DNA of 17,024 bases from Chthoniobacterales bacterium (GCA_038207335.1 JBBQZX010000043.1:1-17024), one strand, 5' to 3'. Counted from the stretch's first letter, positions 8,024 to 16,793 are shown. Notes: generated from the sequence alone by a model not told the origin. Program-made: numbers and translations.

Positions 8024-10030
8024 ATGCGCACCCTACTCGTTCTCACTAAGCAACCTTCGCTCGCAACTGCGATCGAATCCGTCCTCGATCCCGGGAAGTT
8101 TCAACTCATCACGAAGAGCGATGTCTGCGACGCGGAATTCCTGCTGGCTCGCGGAGCGATTGACGCGACGGTGCTCGATACGGAGTTGACGGACACGCGT
8201 TCCATTCGCGCCATTACGGAACTAAAAGGGTACGCACCAAACTGCCCCGTCATCGTTTACACCGGGGAAAAGCAGTGGGAATGGGAGGAAGACGCCTACC
8301 TTCAAGGGGTTACGAACGTCCTATCCAAGCCGGTGCGCGGAAGGCTGCTCAACACACTCCTGGCCCGCCTTTTTCCCGAGCAACTTCCGCCAGCGGCACG
8401 CCCCGCTTATGCGCCGATTTCTCAGAATGGCCGCGAGCGGAATTCGCACGATCAAGTGCGTGCGCTGGAAGCCATGAGGCGCTTCTCGGGCATCCTGACC
8501 CATAGCCTCGATTCGGCGGCGTTGTTGAAGCAGTTTTTGTTGTTGCTGCGTGAAATCATCGGCGTCAATCGCGCGATCATTTTTCTACGAAAGCCGGCAG
8601 GCATCCTCAGCGAAAGCCCTCTCTCCCAAGATGACCGATGGCTGCGCTCGGCGTGCGCGATCGGGCTCGACCAGAGTGTGCTTCAGCACTTCGCGCTTTC
8701 ACTCGGCGCCGGCATCGGCGGTGCGCTCCACCGGCAGGGCCGCATCCTGCGAGCGGATGGTGCGGAAGCGCTCGCGAACCGCGACATTGCAAAGGAATTT
8801 CAACTGCTGGGCGCACAGGTCGCCATCCCTATCCTCGACCGCGAATCGCTGCTGGGCGTCGCAGTCTTCGATGAACGGCTCACCGGCGAGCCATACGCGA
8901 ATGAAGAACTCTCTCTGATTTTCCACATGCTTGAGGAAGTCGGCCTCGCGGTGCGAAACTCGTGGCTTCACGACCAGCTCCACGCAAACCACGCGATGAT
9001 CGCCGACATCCTCGGCCATCTCGGCAGCGGATGCGTAGTGATCGGGAGCAATCTCGCAACGCTTCATGCAAACAAGGCCGCTATCCGGCTTTTCGCGAGT
9101 GGCCGTTCCAATCCTTCGGGCATGGAATTTACCGACCTTCCGCAGCATCTCGGGAGCACGGTTTTCACGGTCATCAAAACCGGCATCGCGGTGCCGTCCT
9201 TCAACTATCAATTCCCGCATTCCGAAGACCTTACTTTTCGGATTACGATCGTCCCGTTCCGTATGGAAAGCGCCGCCAGCACCAATGCCGCGTTGCTCCT
9301 GATCGAAGACGTGACCGAGCACGAGCGGGCGATCGCGCTGGAATCCGAAGCCTCGACCCTCCGGCTCATCAAGTCCATGGCCGAGCATCTCGCGCATGAG
9401 ATAGGGAACGCGCTCGTGCCTCTTTCGACGCATCAGCAGTTGCTCAAGGAATCCATCCTCGATCCCGAGTTTCAAGAGTCGCTCGGCATCGCGATGGCGA
9501 ATGGCGTGAAGCGCATCTCGCGGCTGGCCAGCCAGATGGTCTTCCTTGCGCGGGACTGGACTGCCGATGTCGGAGAGTCGCTCCAGCTCCCGGAGCTTAT
9601 CGTCGAAGCCTTTCACGAGGCGCACACCAATCATCCCGGAAAGAAGCTCGCACAGCTTACTTTCAACAAGAACATCGGGCCATGGAAAATCTCCGGCGAC
9701 GCGAAGGCACTGCGCCATGCCTTCTCCGAGATCATGCTCAATGCGCTCCAGGCAAATCCCGACGACCCCAATGTCTCGGTGAACATTCATGAAGGAAAAG
9801 GAGGCGCTGCAGAGCTTCGCGTGGAAGTGCGGGACTCCGGCAAAGGCTTCTCGGCTGAAGCTGCGGAGCGCGCGCAAGAGCCGTTCTTCTCCACGCGAAA
9901 TGTTGGACTCGGCATCGGACTGACAGTTTCGCGAAAGATCATCGAGAGCCACAACGGCCGCATCGAAATTCCGAAGGCATCGGCGGGAGGCGCAGGTATC
10001 GTTCTCGTCTCTCTCCCACTCGAAAGCTAA
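8024..10030 (+). CDS. Cytoplasmic hybrid kinase: atypical REC, GAF, PAS-like, HisKA, HATPase_c
   Basis: REC-like VLDTE / IVYTG / LSKP; GAF AIPI...LLGVAVF...PYANEE; PAS-like GCVVIG...HANKAA...LIEDVTE; LAHEIGNAL, NALQA, DSGKG, PFFST, GLGIGL. Confidence 0.92.
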   Translation: MRTLLVLTKQPSLATAIESVLDPGKFQLITKSDVCDAEFLLARGAIDATVLDTELTDTRSIRAITELKGYAPNCPVIVYTGEKQWEWEEDAYLQGVTNVLSKPVRGRLLNTLLARLFPEQLPPAARPAYAPISQNGRERNSHDQVRALEAMRRFSGILTHSLDSAALLKQFLLLLREIIGVNRAIIFLRKPAGILSESPLSQDDRWLRSACAIGLDQSVLQHFALSLGAGIGGALHRQGRILRADGAEALANRDIAKEFQLLGAQVAIPILDRESLLGVAVFDERLTGEPYANEELSLIFHMLEEVGLAVRNSWLHDQLHANHAMIADILGHLGSGCVVIGSNLATLHANKAAIRLFASGRSNPSGMEFTDLPQHLGSTVFTVIKTGIAVPSFNYQFPHSEDLTFRITIVPFRMESAASTNAALLLIEDVTEHERAIALESEASTLRLIKSMAEHLAHEIGNALVPLSTHQQLLKESILDPEFQESLGIAMANGVKRISRLASQMVFLARDWTADVGESLQLPELIVEAFHEAHTNHPGKKLAQLTFNKNIGPWKISGDAKALRHAFSEIMLNALQANPDDPNVSVNIHEGKGGAAELRVEVRDSGKGFSAEAAERAQEPFFSTRNVGLGIGLTVSRKIIESHNGRIEIPKASAGGAGIVLVSLPLES

Positions 10031-10075
10031 CTTCTCCGACCCAACCGCGTTTCTGAAAACTCAGCCCTCCCACAC

Positions 10076-11308
10076 ATGTTAAAACAACCCACGTTTGCTC
10101 CAGTCATTCCCTTTTTAATCGCCGCTCTCGCTCCCCTCTCCTCCTATGCCTTGGGCATTCGCATTGTGGATCAAGATGCGCGTGCCACCGCTCGCGGAGA
10201 GGCCTTTGTCGCCACTGCGGACAATCCTTCGGCAATCTATTACAACCCAGCCGGCATTACTCAGCTCGATGGGACACAAGTGCGCGTCGGAGCTTACGCT
10301 ATCACGCTCGAGGCCAGCGTCGATCCGACGACGCCCGGACGCAGCCTCGACTCAAAATTTGAGTATCAAGGAATCCCGCAGCTTTACATGACCTACAAGG
10401 CTCCGAACTCCCCCGCGGCGATCGGCTTTGGCATTTACGCGCCTTTCGGCTTCGGCATCGAGTACCCCGATGACACACCTTTCCGAACTCTAGCGAAAAA
10501 AGGACGCATCGAATACCTGACATTCAATCCGGTTTTTGCGCTTCAAATCACTCGGACGCTTTCTGTAGCAGCAGGGCCGACGATCAATTACTCGAAAGCC
10601 AAACTGACCCGCGGGATCGTCGTCCCGCACGATGAATTTCTGTTCGATGGCGAAGGTGTCGGCTATGGCTTCAATGCCGGCGTTTTCTGGAATCCGCACA
10701 GGATGCATCACTTTGGTCTGACCTACCGAAGCGAGACCAACGTGGACTACAGCGGGCATTCGCGCGTCCACATTCCTTCCTTCACCGCGGCTACGCCTTA
10801 TGGACCGTTTCCGGTCGCGCAATTCGACAGCGAAGAAGATTCCAACTTGAAGTTTCACTTCCCGCAAACCATCGCAGCGGGCTACTCATTCCAGCCAACC
10901 CCCGATTGGAACTTCGAAGCCGATGTCGAGTGGACGGATTGGGATAGCCTCAATACCCTGACTCTCCAGCAACACTCCGGAAACGTGCCGCTGGCTTTCA
11001 ACTGGGAATCGAGCTTTATCTACGAGTTCGGCATCACTCGAAAATTCAGCCACGGCATCGCGGTGAGCGCGGGCTACATCTACAGCGAAAACTCCGTCCC
11101 GAACGAGAGCTTCAGTCCGATCGTACCCGACTCGAACCGTCACATTCTCAGCCTCGGCATCGGCCAACAGACCGAGCGGCTAAGCTGGGATGTGACTTAC
11201 CAGTACGCTCACAGTCCCAATCGCGAAATCGACAATGGCACGGCGGCAAATGGAACCTATCATTTCCAGAGCCACGCGGTGAGCGTTGCGGTAGGATACC
11301 GTTTCTAA
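10076..11308 (+). CDS. OmpP1/FadL family outer-membrane hydrophobic-compound channel
   Basis: Signal peptide ending SYA, hatch region ...ATADNPSAIYYNPAGIT, alternating beta-strand pattern, IVPDSNRH, C-terminal GYRF. Confidence 0.93.
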   Translation: MLKQPTFAPVIPFLIAALAPLSSYALGIRIVDQDARATARGEAFVATADNPSAIYYNPAGITQLDGTQVRVGAYAITLEASVDPTTPGRSLDSKFEYQGIPQLYMTYKAPNSPAAIGFGIYAPFGFGIEYPDDTPFRTLAKKGRIEYLTFNPVFALQITRTLSVAAGPTINYSKAKLTRGIVVPHDEFLFDGEGVGYGFNAGVFWNPHRMHHFGLTYRSETNVDYSGHSRVHIPSFTAATPYGPFPVAQFDSEEDSNLKFHFPQTIAAGYSFQPTPDWNFEADVEWTDWDSLNTLTLQQHSGNVPLAFNWESSFIYEFGITRKFSHGIAVSAGYIYSENSVPNESFSPIVPDSNRHILSLGIGQQTERLSWDVTYQYAHSPNREIDNGTAANGTYHFQSHAVSVAVGYRF

Positions 11309-11324
11309 TCCGCATCACCGACTC

Positions 11325-11681
11325 ATGCTAAAATACTTCTTCATTCTTCGCCGAAAGCCTGAGACTCCAGTCGAGGAATTTCACCGTTACTGGAAAGAAG
11401 TTCACGGCCCCATCGTCGCCAAGCTGCCGGGTCTCGTGCGCTACTTTCAGCATCATGTGGCCTCAGTCCCCCGCCCGGAGTATGCGCAGGTCGATGCGCC
11501 AGTGGATGGAATCGTCGAGACATGGTGGGAGTCGGAAGAAGCGCTGATCAAGGCGCAAAGTTCACCGGAGCTTGCCGCTGTCGTCGCGGACGAACCGAAC
11601 TTCATGGGGCACTCGAATCATTTTGTGCATACGCTTTTCGTCACGGAAACTGTGGAGGTGCTGGACCGCCCCTCAGAATAA
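11325..11681 (+). CDS. EthD family protein (dimeric alpha-beta barrel)
   Basis: LRRKP...EEFHRYWKEVHGPIVAKLPGLVRYFQ...DGIVETWWES...ADEPNF. Confidence 0.9.
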   Translation: MLKYFFILRRKPETPVEEFHRYWKEVHGPIVAKLPGLVRYFQHHVASVPRPEYAQVDAPVDGIVETWWESEEALIKAQSSPELAAVVADEPNFMGHSNHFVHTLFVTETVEVLDRPSE

Positions 11682-11728
11682 AGCTCGCAGATGACCGCAA
11701 ATTTGGCAGGGTCTCTCAAAGCAGCCTG

Positions 11729-12994
11729 ATGAACGACTCCGGCCCAGCCTTGACCCTTTCTCCGCCGCCCGAATCTGCGGTGAGGAGACCGACGCTTCTC
11801 ATCGTTGATGATGAGGAGGGGCCGCGGCAGTCCCTTCGGATCGTTTTCAAAAACGAATACAACGTTCTGGTCGCGAATAATGGCGAAGAAGGGATTGCGC
11901 TCGCCATGCAGCAACCGGTCGATGTCGCGGTGCTCGATATTCTCATGCACGGGATTTCCGGCGTCGATGTGCTCCACGCGCTGAAGGAGATCGATTCGAA
12001 CATTGAAGTCGTGATGCTCACCGCTTACGAGACCGTCGAGACCGCGCGCCGCGCGCTGCGCTACGGGGCGAGCGATTACCTGAACAAACCTTTCGACATC
12101 CCCACCATGCGTGCTGCCGTCGGGCGCGCTGCGGAAAAGCGCCGCATCTCGCTCGCGATGAATGGGACGCACCAGCGCCTCGAGGAACTCCAGCGCGAGA
12201 TCCAAGCCCAGCGTGTGCAGGAAGAGATGACCCGCGCGAAAGGCGAGATCTACGCCAGCGTTCTGCACGATATCAACAGCCCGCTGACCGTCATTTCCGG
12301 CTTCATCGATATGCTTAACCGCTCGATGCAGGATGCCGCCAGCGTGGAGGGGGAAAAGCTCGAATCGATCAAAGGCGACCTGAAGCGACTCCATGATCAA
12401 GTCGCGCGTTGCTTTGAAATCTCGCGCCGATACCTCGGCTTCCTCAACACCAGCGCCACGGTCACCGTCGGCGTCGGCGTGCGCCAGATTCTCTCCGATC
12501 TGCGCGACCTTCTCGTCCGGCATCCCAGCACGAACGGCCACCGTCTCAGCATCGACACGCTCGAAGCCGACGTCGTCGCCGAGATCAACGGCACCGATCT
12601 CCTTCAGATCCTCCTCAACCTCACCATCAACGCCCTCCAGTCCACCGACACCCCGCACGAAGTTCGTGTCCGTGCCATCCGCCTCGACCGCCCACTGGAC
12701 GTTGACGCCATGCTCGACGGCCCGCAGGAGCGCTTCGTCAACCGCAGCGGCTTCGCCAATCGCGCACCCCTCATCTCCATCGCTGTCAGTGACGACGGCC
12801 CCGGCATCGTCCCGGAGGTCGTCGCGAAAATGTTCGACGAATACATCACCACCAAGCCGCCCGACCGCGGCACCGGGCTCGGCCTTTCCATCGTTCGCCG
12901 GCTCGCGGGTGGCGCAAAGGCCGGCATTTTTTTGCAGACGAAAATCGCGGTCGGCTCGGTCTTCACGGTCTTCATCCCACTCGCGCAGTCTTAG
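11729..12994 (+). CDS. Hybrid REC-histidine kinase (cytoplasmic)
   Basis: Start corrected to the ATG at 11729. Canonical REC LIVDDE / VLDILM / MLTA / NKPF, coiled coil, VLHDINSPL, NLTINALQ, DDGPGI, GTGLGLSI. Confidence 0.93.
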   Translation: MNDSGPALTLSPPPESAVRRPTLLIVDDEEGPRQSLRIVFKNEYNVLVANNGEEGIALAMQQPVDVAVLDILMHGISGVDVLHALKEIDSNIEVVMLTAYETVETARRALRYGASDYLNKPFDIPTMRAAVGRAAEKRRISLAMNGTHQRLEELQREIQAQRVQEEMTRAKGEIYASVLHDINSPLTVISGFIDMLNRSMQDAASVEGEKLESIKGDLKRLHDQVARCFEISRRYLGFLNTSATVTVGVGVRQILSDLRDLLVRHPSTNGHRLSIDTLEADVVAEINGTDLLQILLNLTINALQSTDTPHEVRVRAIRLDRPLDVDAMLDGPQERFVNRSGFANRAPLISIAVSDDGPGIVPEVVAKMFDEYITTKPPDRGTGLGLSIVRRLAGGAKAGIFLQTKIAVGSVFTVFIPLAQS

Positions 12995-13097
12995 GCGAAT
13001 CGGTGGATCCCTGAGGGTGATTCGCGCATCGCGGAGGCTCGCCCCAGCGACCCAACTCTTCCCGAGCGAAAGTCCTGCTTGCTTGCTACACTTCACC

Positions 13098-14420
13098 ATG
13101 CCTGAAGCGCTGGAATCCGCCGCCCGCAAGATCGTCGCCACACTCCGCGCCGCCGGCCACTCCGCACTCTACGCCGGCGGCTGCGTGCGCGACATGCTCC
13201 GCGGCTCCCCGCCGCACGACTACGACATCGCCACCAGCGCGCGCCCGGACCAAGTCCAGTCCCTCTTCCCACGCACCGTCGCCGTCGGCGTGCAATTCGG
13301 CGTCGTCTGTGTCATGGACGCCGACACCGAATTCCAAGTCGCCTCCTTCCGCTCCGACGGCCAATACATCGACGGCCGCCGTCCCGAGACCGTCACCTTC
13401 TCCACCGCGCAGGAAGACGCCGAGCGCCGCGACTTCACCGTCAATGGCATGTTCTTCGACCCCCTCGAAAACACCGTCATCGACTACGTCGGCGGCCAGC
13501 GCGACCTCGCGGCTGGGCTCCTGCGAGCCATCGGCGACCCCGTCGCGCGCATCCGCGAAGACCGCCTGCGGATGCTGCGCGCCATCCGCTTCGCCGCCCT
13601 CCTCGATTTCCAGATCGACCCGCCCACTTGGGACGCCATCGTCCAAAACGCCCCGCACATCCTCGACGTCAGCGCCGAGCGCATCCGCGAGGAGTTGGTG
13701 AAAATCTTCACCTCTCCCCAGCGCGTGCGCGGCTTCGACCTCCTCGACCAGAGCGGCCTCCTGCGCGTCATCCTCCCCGAGATCGACGACCTCAAAGGCT
13801 GCGAACAGCCGCCCCAATTTCACCCCGAGGGCGACGTCTTCATCCACACCCGCATCATGCTCGGCCTCCTCCCCGAGCACGTCTCCGCCCCCCTCGTCTT
13901 CGCCGTCCTCTTCCACGACATCGGCAAGCCGGGCACCTTCACCTGGGACCCCACCGAGGGCCGCATCCGCTTCAACGGCCACGACAAACTCGGCGCCGAC
14001 ATGACCGCCCTCATCATGGAGCGCCTCCGCTTCTCCCGCCGCGACATCGAGGCCACCGTCGAAGCCGTCGCCCAGCACATGGCCTTCAAGGACGTCCAGC
14101 AGATGCGCGTCTCAAAGCTCAAGCGCTTCATGTCCCGCCCCCACTTCGACGACGAGATGGAGCTCCACCGCGTCGATTGCACCAGCAGCCACGGCATGTT
14201 GGACAACCACACATTCCTCCGCGCAAAAGCCGCCGAATTCGCCAGCGAACCTCTCATCCCCCCACCCCTCATCAGCGGCCGCGACCTCATCGCCCTCGGC
14301 TTCCGCGCCGGCCCGCGCTTCAAGGAAATCCTCGAAGCCGTCCAATCCCGCCAACTCGAAGGCACCCTCACCACCGCCGACGACGCCCTCGCATTCATCC
14401 GCGCCGAATACACCCCATGA
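13098..14420 (+). CDS. cca: CCA tRNA nucleotidyltransferase (class II) with HD domain
   Basis: Start at ATG 13098. GGCVRD, DYDIAT, RRDFTVN, EDRLRMLRAIRF, SAERIREE, HPEGDVFIH, FHDIGKP. Exact specificity (CCA versus A-adding or poly(A)) cannot be settled by eye. Confidence 0.9.
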   Translation: MPEALESAARKIVATLRAAGHSALYAGGCVRDMLRGSPPHDYDIATSARPDQVQSLFPRTVAVGVQFGVVCVMDADTEFQVASFRSDGQYIDGRRPETVTFSTAQEDAERRDFTVNGMFFDPLENTVIDYVGGQRDLAAGLLRAIGDPVARIREDRLRMLRAIRFAALLDFQIDPPTWDAIVQNAPHILDVSAERIREELVKIFTSPQRVRGFDLLDQSGLLRVILPEIDDLKGCEQPPQFHPEGDVFIHTRIMLGLLPEHVSAPLVFAVLFHDIGKPGTFTWDPTEGRIRFNGHDKLGADMTALIMERLRFSRRDIEATVEAVAQHMAFKDVQQMRVSKLKRFMSRPHFDDEMELHRVDCTSSHGMLDNHTFLRAKAAEFASEPLIPPPLISGRDLIALGFRAGPRFKEILEAVQSRQLEGTLTTADDALAFIRAEYTP

Positions 14421-14806
14421 GAACTCCCGACTCCCCTGCCCCGCCCGGCCTTCGCATCCTTTTAGTCGAAGATCACGCCGCCACGCAGCGCATCCTCATC
14501 CGCATCCTTGAGGGCCGCGGCCACCGCGTCACCCCCGCCGCCTCCCTCGCCACCGCCCGCGCCCTCGCCGCCGCGCATCTCTACGATCTCCTCATCTCCG
14601 ACATCGGCCTCCCCGACGGCACCGGCCACACCCTCATGGCCGAGTTCCAGATCGCCCACGGCATCCCCGGCATCGCCCTCAGCGGATACGGCGCACCCGA
14701 GGACATCCGCAACAGCCTCGCCGCCGGCTTCACCACCCACCTCACCAAGCCCATCCAATTGGCAGCCCTCGAACAAGCCATCGCCGCCTCCTACCGGCAG
14801 CCGTGA
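14417..14806 (+). CDS. Single-domain response regulator (CheY-like)
   Basis: ATGA overlap with cca; ILLVEDH, LISDIGLPDG.G, IALSG, HLTKP. Confidence 0.92.
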   Translation: MRTPDSPAPPGLRILLVEDHAATQRILIRILEGRGHRVTPAASLATARALAAAHLYDLLISDIGLPDGTGHTLMAEFQIAHGIPGIALSGYGAPEDIRNSLAAGFTTHLTKPIQLAALEQAIAASYRQP

Positions 14807-14818
14807 TCCCAGCCCGTT

Positions 14819-14908
14819 GTAGCCGCGATCGCTGATCCCGTTCGGCGCGTGCTTGAAAATCTCGGGCCTAGCGAGACCCGCACCGCCGGGATCACCGATC
14901 CCTGCTAT
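14819..14908. repeat. REP/REPIN-like imperfect inverted repeat
   Basis: GTAGCCGCGATCGCTGATCCCG (14819-14840) pairs with CGGGATCACCGATCCCTGCTAT (14887-14908) at 18/22. Begins with the GTAG tetranucleotide typical of REPs. Confidence 0.65.
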
Positions 14909-14940
14909 CCCATCACCTTCAAAACATCGCACGTTTCCAT

Positions 14941-14968
14941 TTGACCGCGCCGCACCTCGCGCTACTTT
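14941..14968 (+). promoter_or_regulatory. Putative sigma70 promoter of tRNA-Pro
   Basis: TTGACC-N16-TACTTT ending 17 nt before the tRNA. Confidence 0.55.
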
Positions 14969-14985
14969 CGCGGCTCAATCAGTTT

Positions 14986-15062
14986 CGGGCTGTGGCTCAG
15001 CTTGGTAGAGCGCCTCGTTCGGGTCGAGGAGGTCCAGGGTTCGAATCCCTGCAGCCCGACCA
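14986..15062 (+). tRNA. tRNA-Pro(CGG), CCA encoded
   Basis: CGGGCTG-TGGCTCAGCTTGGTAGAGCG-CCTCG TT CGG GT CGAGG-AGGTC-CAGGG TTCGAAT CCCTG-CAGCCCG-ACCA. Confidence 0.97.
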
Positions 15063-15092
15063 CACTTCTCTCTCTGAAGAGTGGTCGTCTTT
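15057..15092 (+). terminator. Hairpin overlapping the tRNA-Pro 3' end, possible weak terminator
   Basis: CGACCACACTTC / GAAGAGTGGTCG (11/12 pairs, 7-nt loop) followed by TCTTT. Confidence 0.4.
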
Positions 15093-15261
15093 CACAACAC
15101 AGCCTTGCCACGCGCATCCGTGCTCTACGACTAAAATGGACCTGAGCTGCCCCAAAACTTTCTGCCGGGGGGCAAATCGGGTGAACCCCGCCGGTCACGG
15201 TGCCACCAATGAGCGCCTACAGCGGTTCGGAGCGCCGCAAGTGAAACGGCCTTCGAACCGG

Positions 15262-15312
15262 CGTAGCGCTCACGTCCTTGTGCCCCGGAAGCTCCTGCAT
15301 GGTGCGGATGTC
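15262..15312 (-). pseudogene. Tyrosine recombinase (integron-integrase/Xer-like) box II remnant
   Basis: Minus strand reads DIRTMQELPGHKDVSAT versus consensus DIRTVQELLGHKDVSTTMIY. Catalytic Tyr and all upstream sequence are lost. Confidence 0.7.
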
Positions 15313-15448
15313 GCCGAGCGGTTCTTCGACACCCGTCAGCCGCGCCTACGAACGCACCGGCCTGATTGGAACGAGCTACCTGCCGTTTGAAAACTGGACC
15401 GAGGCACTCGGCAGCGAACGGCTCACCGGCACGATGGTCGCCCACCGC
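15313..15448 (+). mobile_element. istB: IS21-family IstB helper ATPase C-terminal remnant
   Basis: AERFFDT, frameshift, then VSRAYERTGLIGTSYLPFENWTEALGSERLTG matches IstB AELLFxVxSxAYERxSxIxTxNLPFExWxEVxGSERLTGA. Confidence 0.75.
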
Positions 15449-15533
15449 CCCGCCCAATCTTCTGGCTGTTACTGCCCCAAAAACGGCCCTACAATGAGAT
15501 TCCTCCGGATCGCTCCGAACCGTAGTTTACCTT

Positions 15534-16793
15534 GTGAATAAGAACGCAATAATTGTCTGGGCCTTGGTCGCTTCGGAAGGAGTGATGATCCAATTTGCGA
15601 GCGCCGCACCCACAGTGGAAGCGAATGGCGGAAATATCTTTGTCCGCTCTGGTGAGGGCGAAGCGAAGCGACTGACCACTTCCGGTCGCGATTCCGCGCC
15701 TGTTCTTTCGCCGGATGGTCGCTGGATAGTTTTCGTTCGCGCGCTCCCGGGAAAAAAGATCGGCACTGGCATTGGAGATATCGACGCCGCGGAACTTTGG
15801 CAGATCAGCGCGAGTGGCAAAGAACCGACTCTGCTCGCCGCGCCGCGTGAAGCCGAGAACATGCAGAATGTGATCGCGAACTTCCAAGACGTGCAGTTTT
15901 CCTCGGATGGTCGTTACGTCTTCTTCGTCACTCCGGCTTACGCCACCACAGGCGCGGTTCACGTTTACGATACAACAAATCGAAAAGAGCGCTTTCTCAT
16001 GGCCGGCGGTGGACTCGAGGTGATTCGCTCCGGCGAATACCGCGGTTGCCTGCTTGTCGGACAGCACCGCTACTTCGTCGGCGGCGGTTCTTATGATTGG
16101 TTCTGGCTCTTTCGGCCTGACGGCAAGGAAATCGGACCGGTTGGGGAGGATGCGACGAATTTCAAAGAACTCTACTACCCAGATGAGAAGAAACTGAAGC
16201 GCAGCGAAAATCGGCACACGCTCGTGGCCAAACGCGGCATGATCGATGATCCTGACGGATTCACCAATCTTCGCGCCGGAAAGAGCGCCGACGCCAACGT
16301 CATTGCGAAGGTAAAGGCGGGTGTGACGTTCAACTTCGAGGTCGAGTCCGGGTCGCAGTGGTGCAAGGTGACACTTGATTCCGGCCAGAGCGGCTGGATG
16401 CACGCCAGCCGCATCCGACTGGCGTTTGATGAAAAGGATTTGCCGCAGGAGGGCGACACCGGCGAAGAGATTTCCGCCGTTGCGCGCAAAAGCGGCTTTG
16501 ACTATGTGCCCGTCGCACGTGCAGCCGCACAGGGAGACGTCAATGCGATGAAACAATTTTTCGGCCTAACCGGTGCTGATGGCGGCGCAGCAGAAGAACA
16601 TTCCACCGTGGTTCCCATTGTCTTTCACCTTGTCGGAGACGAACGCTTCGCAGCCTTCCTGAGGTTGCAGCCGAACGATTACCAACTCGCTGTGCGGGAA
16701 ACGCTAACTGATTTTTTCGTCACCCCTTTCGAGCCGATCACGTATTTGCGCCGCGCATTTCCAAAGACGGCAGCGCTGCTGTTTCGCCGCTGA
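15534..16793 (+). CDS. Secreted protein with TolB/PD40-like repeats, bacterial SH3 domain and helical C-terminal domain
   Basis: GTG start, signal-like N-terminus ending ASA. RLTTSGRDSAPVLSPDGRWIVFVR and QFSSDGRYVFF (PD40-like). DDPDGFTNLRAG...WCKV...GQSGWMHASRI (SH3b). Confidence 0.85.
   Translation: MNKNAIIVWALVASEGVMIQFASAAPTVEANGGNIFVRSGEGEAKRLTTSGRDSAPVLSPDGRWIVFVRALPGKKIGTGIGDIDAAELWQISASGKEPTLLAAPREAENMQNVIANFQDVQFSSDGRYVFFVTPAYATTGAVHVYDTTNRKERFLMAGGGLEVIRSGEYRGCLLVGQHRYFVGGGSYDWFWLFRPDGKEIGPVGEDATNFKELYYPDEKKLKRSENRHTLVAKRGMIDDPDGFTNLRAGKSADANVIAKVKAGVTFNFEVESGSQWCKVTLDSGQSGWMHASRIRLAFDEKDLPQEGDTGEEISAVARKSGFDYVPVARAAAQGDVNAMKQFFGLTGADGGAAEEHSTVVPIVFHLVGDERFAAFLRLQPNDYQLAVRETLTDFFVTPFEPITYLRRAFPKTAALLFRR

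Noticed and set aside
8699..9952. 417-aa antisense ORF
   Set aside because: Antisense shadow of the hybrid kinase.
12995..13025. Hairpin GCGAATC/GATTCGC as a terminator
   Set aside because: Large loop and no U tract.
3586..13097. N-terminal extensions in the ORF track (starts 3586, 4137, 11522, 12393)
   Set aside because: They overlap real upstream genes. Family similarity begins at 3712, 4269, 11729 and 13098.
2919..14420. Functional link between the CCA-less tRNA-Arg and the nearby cca gene
   Set aside because: CCA-less tRNA genes are common and the enzyme acts in trans; proximity needs no explanation.
11618..14932. Long minus-strand and alternate-frame ORFs (507, 330, 392, 197 aa and others)
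   Set aside because: Shadows of strongly biased plus-strand genes; no independent motifs.
15200..15260. attC-like sequence beside the integrase scrap, i.e. an integron
   Set aside because: No proper RYYYAAC...GTTRRRY pair, no cassette array, and the integrase is only a 17-codon remnant.
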